Source: an uncultured Candidatus Saccharibacteria bacterium
GTDB lineage: Bacteria > Patescibacteriota > Doudnabacteria > UBA920
NCBI GenBank assembly: GCA_964470855.1
Contig: CAYYEK010000041.1
Location: 4,671-9,906 of the forward strand
DNA length: 5,236 bases
Direction of reading: 5' to 3'
Of this stretch, positions 1 through 3,886 are shown piece after piece. Within the stretch, counting starts at the first letter, position 1. Every line of letters starts with the position of its first letter. Below the pieces are notes generated by a model. That model was not told the DNA's origin, made no database searches, and saw only the letters and a program-made list of their open reading frames with translations. The translations under genes and the position numbers were made by a program.

Positions 1-103
1 ATGTCAACTGAGTCCTGGCGTAGGGACTCATAAGTCACCTAAGTGATCGGTGGTTCAATTCCACCCTCCGGTACCATTCGACAAGCTCATGGCGAGCCAA
101 AAA
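1..103 (+). repeat. Tandem ~110-bp repeat, copy 1; it begins exactly at the window edge, so more copies may lie upstream
   Basis: 1-103 matches 111-214 base for base except inside the T-loop-like segment (54-60 TTCAATT vs 164-171 TTTCCATT). The copies diverge after the A-run (104 gctgatt vs 216 cccttac). Confidence 0.95.
34..76 (+). other. Orphan tRNA 3'-half-like module (anticodon-loop remnant to CCA) with no matching 5' half
   Basis: The segments are GTCAC (34-38), CTAAG (39-43), TGATC (44-48), T-arm GGTGG-TTCAATT-CCACC (49-65), CTCCGGT (66-72), A (73) and CCA (74-76). Segment lengths equal canonical tRNA positions 34-76. Residues 1-33 supply neither an ACCGGAG acceptor strand nor a CTTAG anticodon-stem strand in register. 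They form other hairpins instead: GAGTCC/GGACTC at 10-15/24-29 and TCAC/GTGA at 35-38/43-46. Confidence 0.6.
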
Positions 104-110
104 GCTGATT

Positions 111-214
111 ATGTCAACTGAGTCCTGGCGTAGGGACTCATAAGTCACCTAAGTGATCGGTGGTTTCCATTCCACCCTCCGGTACCATTCGACAAGCTCA
201 TGGCGAGCCAAAAA
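111..214 (+). repeat. Tandem ~110-bp repeat, copy 2
   Basis: Direct repeat of 1-103 at an offset of 110 nt. It differs by one inserted T and one A-to-C change, both in the T-loop-like segment. Confidence 0.95.
144..187 (+). other. Second orphan tRNA 3'-half-like module with a disrupted T-loop
   Basis: Same as 34-76, but the loop is TTTCCATT (8 nt) and the conserved TTCRA motif is lost. The stem GGTGG/CCACC, the CTCCGGT strand, the A and the CCA (185-187) are retained. Confidence 0.5.
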
Positions 215-231
215 ACCCTTACCAAACCTCC

Positions 232-260
232 TAGACTTGGAGAGTAGTACGGGTTATAAT
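232..260 (+). promoter_or_regulatory. Candidate sigma70-type promoter
   Basis: TAGACT (232-237), a 17-nt spacer, then a perfect TATAAT (255-260). It points into the 267-550 noncoding stretch and tRNA-Asp. This is a sequence match only. Confidence 0.3.
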
Positions 261-449
261 GTACCAGTCAATAGTTACGCACAGTTAGTAGTTAGGTAGG
301 AATCAATTTTCCTTCTACGAAAAAACAAATTTCTACTTGGGCCCGGAGCTTGCCGTAGGGTTAAGCAGAAATTTGAGAGGAGAAAGGCCTATACACAAGT
401 AAGGGCGACAATCGGAAGCCCGAAACGAATGTGATAGGCAATACGACGA

Positions 450-464
450 GGACCGGTAGCTCAG
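450..464 (+). repeat. Exact copy of the first 15 nt of tRNA-Asp (5' fragment of a decayed tRNA copy)
   Basis: GGACCGGTAGCTCAG at 450-464 is identical to 551-565. Identity starts exactly at tRNA position +1. Further collinear remnants follow: GTCGGGGTT (500-508) against GTCGCGGGTT of the T-arm region, and GGTTCG (509-514). Confidence 0.85.
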
Positions 465-506
465 CTCCGACGCCAAGGGGTCGGAGCCCCGACCGAAGCG
501 TCGGGG
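464..506 (+). other. Two adjacent GC-rich hairpins with an alternative middle hairpin
   Basis: H1 is GCTCCGAC (464-471) paired with GTCGGAGC (480-487). H3 is CCCCGAC (487-493) paired with GTCGGGG (500-506). The alternative H2 is GGTCGG (479-484) paired with CCGACC (489-494), with tetraloop AGCC. All stems are perfect. Confidence 0.7.
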
Positions 507-550
507 TTGGTTCGGGGAAACGTGTTATTAACAATTGTTGGAATATTTAC

Positions 551-627
551 GGACCGGTAGCTCAGTTGGTTAGAGCGCTGCCCTGTCACGGCAGAGGTCG
601 CGGGTTCGAGTCCCGTTCGGTCCGCCA
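551..627 (+). tRNA. tRNA-Asp: tRNA-Asp (anticodon GTC) with genomically encoded CCA
   Basis: Cloverleaf read by hand: acceptor GGACCGG/TCGGTCC, D-arm GCTC-AGTTGGTTA-GAGC, anticodon arm CTGCC-CTGTCAC-GGCAG, variable AGGTC, T-arm GCGGG-TTCGAGT-CCCGT, discriminator G, CCA. Confidence 0.97.
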
Positions 628-671
628 TTGAATATAACAATTTTTTACTAAGCAAACTTCTGCTTCTTGGG

Positions 672-711
672 TGGTTCGCCCTGTACCGCGTTGGGCCAGT
701 TCGGTCCGCCA
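672..711 (+). pseudogene. Decayed tRNA-Asp remnant ending in an exact 13-nt copy of the tRNA 3' terminus
   Basis: GTTCGGTCCGCCA at 699-711 is identical to 615-627. Collinear upstream blocks TGGTT (672-676) and GCCCTGT (678-684) match the tRNA D-loop and anticodon region. There is no T-arm and no 5' half. Confidence 0.6.
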
Positions 712-763
712 CGCACCATTCGGTGCATGGCAAGCCACCGCACATTCGGTGCATGGCAGGCCA
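712..763 (+). repeat. 2 x 26-nt tandem repeat; each unit is a short hairpin, then 7 nt, then G-CCA
   Basis: Unit A (712-737) is cGCACC-ATTC-GGTGC ATGGCAA G CCA. Unit B (738-763) is ccGCAC-ATTCG-GTGC ATGGCAG G CCA. The units differ by a shifted C and one A/G change. They directly abut the GCCA at 708-711. Confidence 0.9.
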
Positions 764-805
764 CAAAATATGCGACACAAAGCACACTAATAAAACTAAA
801 ATAAT

Positions 806-1102
806 ATGGCATTTGATATATTTAACCCTTACATGTACAACCAAGGTACGATTCTGAATTTTTTATTGGGAAGGATTACCCAAAACCCAGAAACTACATA
901 TTCTATTTTATTAGCAATACTTTTCTGCATAACTCTCTGGTCAATAGCGTGGAAAGGTTGGGCATTGTGGGTGGCAGCAAAAAACAACCAACCCAAGTGG
1001 TTTGTAGCTTTACTGATCATAAACACACTTGGCCTGTTTGAAATCGCTTACCTGTTGTATCACTACAACAAAGGTACCTTACACAGGAAAAAAGAGGACT
1101 AA
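806..1102 (+). CDS. Small membrane protein, DUF5652-like
   Basis: 98-aa ORF with two hydrophobic helices. The motif WKGWALWVAAKNNQPKWFVALLIINTLGLFEIAYL matches my recollection of the DUF5652 family common in Patescibacteria. A terminator lies downstream at 1204-1240. Confidence 0.7.
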   Translation: MAFDIFNPYMYNQGTILNFLLGRITQNPETTYSILLAILFCITLWSIAWKGWALWVAAKNNQPKWFVALLIINTLGLFEIAYLLYHYNKGTLHRKKED

Positions 1103-1203
1103 ATATTAATCCCGATATCCACAACAACACAACTGGTCAATTCAATCTTTACCTGATATACTGTTTATGTGCACTGAAAAAAGCACGAACAATTTGACAA
1201 TGC

Positions 1204-1240
1204 AAAAACCGAGCATTCTAGAGAGCTCGGTTTTTGATTT
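1204..1240. terminator. Bidirectional rho-independent terminator between convergent genes
   Basis: AAAAA-CCGAGC-attctagaga-GCTCGG-TTTTTGATTTT. A GC stem is flanked by an A-run and a T-run, so it gives a U-tract on either strand. It lies between the stop of 806-1102 (+) and the stop of hsp20 (-). Confidence 0.8.
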
Positions 1241-1252
1241 TGTATGGGAGTT

Positions 1253-1294
1253 TAGATAGGCGCCATCTAAATCACGAGTGATGGCGCCCATCTA
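1253..1294. repeat. Long palindromic hairpin element E1 (15-bp stem with 1 mismatch, 12-nt loop)
   Basis: TAGATAGGCGCCATC (1253-1267), loop TAAATCACGAGT, GATGGCGCCCATCTA (1280-1294). It sits just past the hsp20 stop and has no U-tract. Its arms are related to those of E2 at 1977-2016. Confidence 0.85.
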
Positions 1295-1311
1295 ACTATC
1301 TAAGTAGGGGA

Positions 1312-1728
1312 CTACTCGGCTTTAACTGCGATCTTTTTTGGCTCCACTTGTGCCACCTTGTGGAAGGTCACTTTCATAACTCCATTTTTATATACCGCCT
1401 CGGGTTCTTTGCTCTCGTCTACATTACCCGGCACAGCGATACGATAGGAGAAAGAGGAGGACGCTTTTCGGTAAAACTTTTTCTTCTTGTCCTCTTCGCT
1501 TTCCTCGGCGCTACCCCGGACCCACAGCACACCTTTTTCAAAGGTAACTTCTATTTTGTCAGCGGACAAACCCGGCATAGCTGCTTCTACGAAAACGCTT
1601 TTTTCATCCTCCGATACGGAAAAGCCGGAAGAGGGGAGAAAAGTGGCCCAGTCATCATCCTCGTCTAAAAGTGATGGCAGCCGACTAGGCATGCTCCAAA
1701 GGGAGCGTGGAATTAAATCAAATGGCAT
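1312..1728 (-). CDS. Small heat-shock protein, Hsp20/alpha-crystallin family
   Basis: The alpha-crystallin domain is evident (FSVSEDEKSVFVEAAMPGLSADKIEVTFEKGVLWVRG ... AVYKNGVMKVTFHK). I prefer the ATG at 1728 (MPFDLIPR...) over the ORF-track ATG at 1755, because AAGGAG (1742-1737, minus strand) lies 8 nt upstream of it. The 1755 ATG has no SD. Confidence 0.9.
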   Translation of the reverse strand: MPFDLIPRSLWSMPSRLPSLLDEDDDWATFLPSSGFSVSEDEKSVFVEAAMPGLSADKIEVTFEKGVLWVRGSAEESEEDKKKKFYRKASSSFSYRIAVPGNVDESKEPEAVYKNGVMKVTFHKVAQVEPKKIAVKAE

Positions 1729-1872
1729 ATTTTTGTCTCCTTTTTTGCACGGCATCGGTTATGTTGGCGCAACTCGTATCGTTTTGGTTTGACGTTTTAG
1801 TCACGAAAACTAACACCGCCTTACGATACTAGCCGCGAAACCGAATAACCCTTGTCCGTGTTTTTTAATACC

Positions 1873-1908
1873 ATTATCACTCTACACCCGAGAGTGCTAA
1901 TTTGTCAA
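1873..1908 (-). promoter_or_regulatory. Candidate hsp20 promoter overlapping the CIRCE element
   Basis: The minus strand gives two possible registers. One is TTGACA (1908-1903), 18-nt spacer, TAGAGT (1884-1879). The other is TTAGCA (1900-1895), 16-nt spacer, GATAAT (1878-1873). Confidence 0.45.
1874..1900. promoter_or_regulatory. CIRCE inverted repeat (HrcA operator)
   Basis: TTATCACTC-N9-GAGTGCTAA against the consensus TTAGCACTC-N9-GAGTGCTAA. This is 17 of 18 arm positions with an exact 9-nt spacer, located in the divergent hsp20/rmuC intergenic region. Confidence 0.85.
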
Positions 1909-1976
1909 CCCCACACTAACTTTGGTAGGTTTATCTATTGTAGATAGCTTGACTTCTGAAAATCCCTAGCAAATCT

Positions 1977-2016
1977 TGATGGGCACCATTAAGGTCAGTT
2001 GGAATGGTGCCCATCA
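1977..2016. repeat. Long palindromic hairpin element E2 (perfect 14-bp stem, 12-nt loop)
   Basis: TGATGGGCACCATT (1977-1990), loop AAGGTCAGTTGG, AATGGTGCCCATCA (2003-2016). The right arm matches the E1 right arm at 11 of 14 positions, and the stem/loop geometry is the same. Confidence 0.85.
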
Positions 2017-2039
2017 AAGACATCAAATACAGGATTATG

Positions 2040-2048
2040 TGCTAAAAT
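2040..2048 (+). promoter_or_regulatory. Candidate extended -10 promoter for rmuC, possibly giving a leaderless mRNA
   Basis: TGcTAAAAT fits TGnTATAAT. It ends 6 nt before the rmuC ATG at 2055, which has no SD. No good -35 is present. Confidence 0.3.
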
Positions 2049-2054
2049 TTACTT

Positions 2055-3113
2055 ATGAACAGCATAATATACATTATTTTAATCATCGTACTTGCAGGGT
2101 TTGGGGTATTGGTTTATATAATCCTAAATTTAAAAAAACAACTACAACAACCTCGGGAAGACACGGCTATGAAACTGCTCTTAGAGCAGATGAACAACCT
2201 TTCCAAAGTAGTGGACAACAAACTGAGCGATACCACAAGACAGATGAGCGACACCATGCACCGTCAATTTACAGAATCCTCTCGCTTAATCAAAGACGTC
2301 ACGGAAGGACTAACTAAACTAGACGATACGAACAAGCAGGTAGTATCTTTTGCGGATCAGCTTAAAAACTTACAGGACATATTAAAAAACCCGAAACAAA
2401 GAGGGGTACTAGGGGAGTATTATCTGGAAACTTTACTAAAAAATGTACTGCCTCCAAAAACCTATCAGATGCAGTATATGTTCAAAGACGGGGAAATAGT
2501 AGATGCGGTAGTTTTTGTGAAAGATAAAATCATCCCCATAGACTCCAAGTTTTCACTTGAAAACTACAACCGGATGATTGAGGCAAAAGACACCCTGGAA
2601 AAACAACGCTTAGAAAAACTTTTTGTAAACGACCTTAAACTCCGCATACAAGAAACAGCCAAGTATATCAGACCAGAGGCTGGCACCATGGAGTTTGCGT
2701 TTATGTTCATACCCCATGAAGCCATCTACTACGATCTACTCATAAACAAAGTTGGCGCCCTTATAGACGAAAACGAGAACCTTATCCAAAGGGCTGCGGG
2801 AAAGTATAAGGTGATAGTAGTCTCACCAACTTCTTTTTTGGCATACTTACAAACTGTATTGCAGGGCCTAAAAGCAATGCAAATCGAAGAAACAGCAAAA
2901 GAAGTAACGGCCAACGTGGAAAGCCTCAGAAAACATCTAAAAAAATACGAAGAGTATCACACTAAACTTGGCAACGCGCTTGGTACAGCAGTTAACCAGT
3001 ACAACTTTTCAGGACAAGAATTTAAAAAAATAGACAAAGATGTTATCAAACTCACTGGCCAAGGGGCTATAGAAGACTTACCACAGCTTGCCAAACCGGA
3101 CGTTATTGATTAA
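2055..3113 (+). CDS. rmuC: DNA recombination protein RmuC
   Basis: 352 aa with an N-terminal TM helix, a coiled-coil region and RmuC-family motifs: KQRGVLGEYYLETLL, VDAVVFVKDKIIPIDSKFSLENY, TMEFAFMFIPHEAIYYDLL and VIVVSPTSFLAYLQTV. Confidence 0.9.
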   Translation: MNSIIYIILIIVLAGFGVLVYIILNLKKQLQQPREDTAMKLLLEQMNNLSKVVDNKLSDTTRQMSDTMHRQFTESSRLIKDVTEGLTKLDDTNKQVVSFADQLKNLQDILKNPKQRGVLGEYYLETLLKNVLPPKTYQMQYMFKDGEIVDAVVFVKDKIIPIDSKFSLENYNRMIEAKDTLEKQRLEKLFVNDLKLRIQETAKYIRPEAGTMEFAFMFIPHEAIYYDLLINKVGALIDENENLIQRAAGKYKVIVVSPTSFLAYLQTVLQGLKAMQIEETAKEVTANVESLRKHLKKYEEYHTKLGNALGTAVNQYNFSGQEFKKIDKDVIKLTGQGAIEDLPQLAKPDVID

Positions 3114-3147
3114 AAATTAAACGTAGTTCTTAACTTCAAATTTATAT

Positions 3148-3747
3148 ATGTCCATAAGAAATCCAGACCAGCGCGTTGGTGTATTCATTGACGTGCAAAA
3201 TTTATACTACTCCGCGCGGGCAATGTACCAAAGCAGAGTAAACTTTAACGAGATCCTTAAAGAAGCGGTAGGGGGAAGAAGACTCATCCGCGCCATCGCA
3301 TATGTCATCCAGGCGGACATGCCGGAAGAACAGTCTTTTTTTGATGCTCTCACCAAAGCAGGTTTTGAAGTGAAAAAGAAAGAGCTTCAAACCTTTGCCG
3401 GGGGGCACCAAAAAGGCGACTGGGACGTGGGGATTGCTATGGACATAGTTAAACTTATGCCCAAACTAGATGTCGTAGTGTTGTGCAGTGGAGATGGAGA
3501 TTTTGCTCCGCTCCTAGAGTACCTACAGATGTCCGGACAACTTACAGAAACCTTATCGTTTGGAAAGTCTACTTCTAGTAAGATAAAAGAACTTACAGAT
3601 CATTTTATAGACTTAGACAGCGACCAAAAAAGGTTTTTGATACCTATGAAAGGAAGCGGAAGTTTTTGGGGTAGAAAAACTTCAGGGGCCAGCAGCAAAG
3701 CAACAACCCCTCAGGACAAATCCAAAAAAACAATGTTTGATTACTAA
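3148..3747 (+). CDS. NYN domain (LabA/DUF88-like) protein, predicted PIN-like ribonuclease fold
   Basis: Motifs are VGVFIDVQNLYYSAR, KGDWDVGIAMDIV and VVLCSGDGDFAPLLEYLQ. The C-terminal tail is low-complexity and basic. It starts 34 nt after rmuC on the same strand. Confidence 0.85.
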   Translation: MSIRNPDQRVGVFIDVQNLYYSARAMYQSRVNFNEILKEAVGGRRLIRAIAYVIQADMPEEQSFFDALTKAGFEVKKKELQTFAGGHQKGDWDVGIAMDIVKLMPKLDVVVLCSGDGDFAPLLEYLQMSGQLTETLSFGKSTSSKIKELTDHFIDLDSDQKRFLIPMKGSGSFWGRKTSGASSKATTPQDKSKKTMFDY

Positions 3748-3778
3748 AGTAAATAGTGAACAGAAAGCAGCTGATAGA

Positions 3779-3814
3779 AAGTAGTAGAAGTAGTAACAGT
3801 GGTAAAAGTAGTAT
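3779..3814 (+). repeat. 4 x 9-bp tandem repeat in the NYN/NUDIX intergenic region
   Basis: The units are AAGTAGTAG, AAGTAGTAA, CAGTGGTAA and AAGTAGTAT. The core AGTAGTA sits at 3780, 3789, 3798 (degenerate) and 3807. Confidence 0.75.
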
Positions 3815-3819
3815 GTAGG

Positions 3820-3855
3820 GGCGAGGCTTGCCCGCCTAGGGAGAAACAAGGTGGG
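3820..3855 (+). other. Two mutually exclusive hairpins upstream of the NUDIX gene
   Basis: Hairpin A is GGCG(A)GG (3820-3826), loop CTTG, CCCGCC (3831-3836). Hairpin B pairs the same CCCGCC (3831-3836) with GGTGGG (3850-3855), including one G-T pair, over a 13-nt loop. Confidence 0.4.
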
Positions 3856-3886
3856 CCGTAAGCAGCATAATCATCAATAAAAAAAT

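Noticed and set aside
1-33. Mini-ORF ATG TCA ACT GAG TCC TGG CGT AGG GAC TCA TAA at the start of each 110-bp unit
   Set aside because: It is only 10 codons, has no RBS, and lies within a region that folds into a hairpin. Nothing supports translation.
1-76. 3' end of a tmRNA (ssrA), standard or permuted, because of the T-arm plus CCA and the TTCGAC that follows it
   Set aside because: The acceptor strand CTCCGGT lacks the U at position 70 needed for the G3:U70 alanine identity pair. It would also demand a 5' strand starting ACCGGAG rather than GGGG. I found no tag-like reading frame ending in a hydrophobic tail.
376-450. RNase P RNA fragments (gaggagaaaggcc against GAGGAAAGTCCGG; gtaagggcgacaa against GTAAGGGTGAAAG)
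   Set aside because: The two similarities are 15 nt apart instead of about 100 nt. The P4 3' strand (ACAGAAnnCGGCTTA) is absent, and the region is far too short.
1-764. CRISPR array
   Set aside because: The repeats are a 110-bp tandem pair and a 26-nt tandem pair without unique spacers of regular length. No cas genes are present in the window.
431-844. ORF-track entries 431..631 (+), 461..844 (-) and 586..780 (-)
   Set aside because: They run through the tRNA-Asp gene and the GC-rich hairpin and repeat block. Their Arg/Gly/Pro/Cys-rich low-complexity translations are typical of reading through structured RNA. None has a start context.
1115-1123. DnaA-box-like 9-mer ATATCCACA
   Set aside because: It is a single copy with one mismatch, and about one such hit is expected by chance in a window this size. 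No cluster or AT-rich unwinding element is present.
1348-1792. ORFs 1348..1668 (+) and 1487..1792 (+), antisense to hsp20
   Set aside because: The opposite strand carries a clear alpha-crystallin domain. These are shadow ORFs with no motif and no RBS.
1729-1872. RNA thermometer (ROSE or fourU type) in the long hsp20 5' UTR
   Set aside because: I found no UCUCC or U-rich segment in the UTR positioned to pair with the AAGGAG SD. The only clear hairpin (GTTTT/AAAAC, around 1790-1806) does not involve the SD. This cannot be excluded without folding software.
1976-2317. ORF 1976..2317 (+), 113 aa
   Set aside because: It starts inside the E2 palindrome and overlaps the rmuC 5' end out of frame. 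The translation is low-complexity (a TTTTT run, His/Arg-rich).
283-3866. Collinear short blocks shared by 283-367 and 3807-3866 (AGTAGT, GTAGG, GCTTGCC, TAGGG, TAAGCAG), suggesting a repeated regulatory or ncRNA motif
   Set aside because: The blocks are 5-7 nt, partly low-complexity, and differently spaced in the two regions. I cannot distinguish this from chance without a statistical alignment. Only the AGTAGTA recurrence is kept, as part of another finding.
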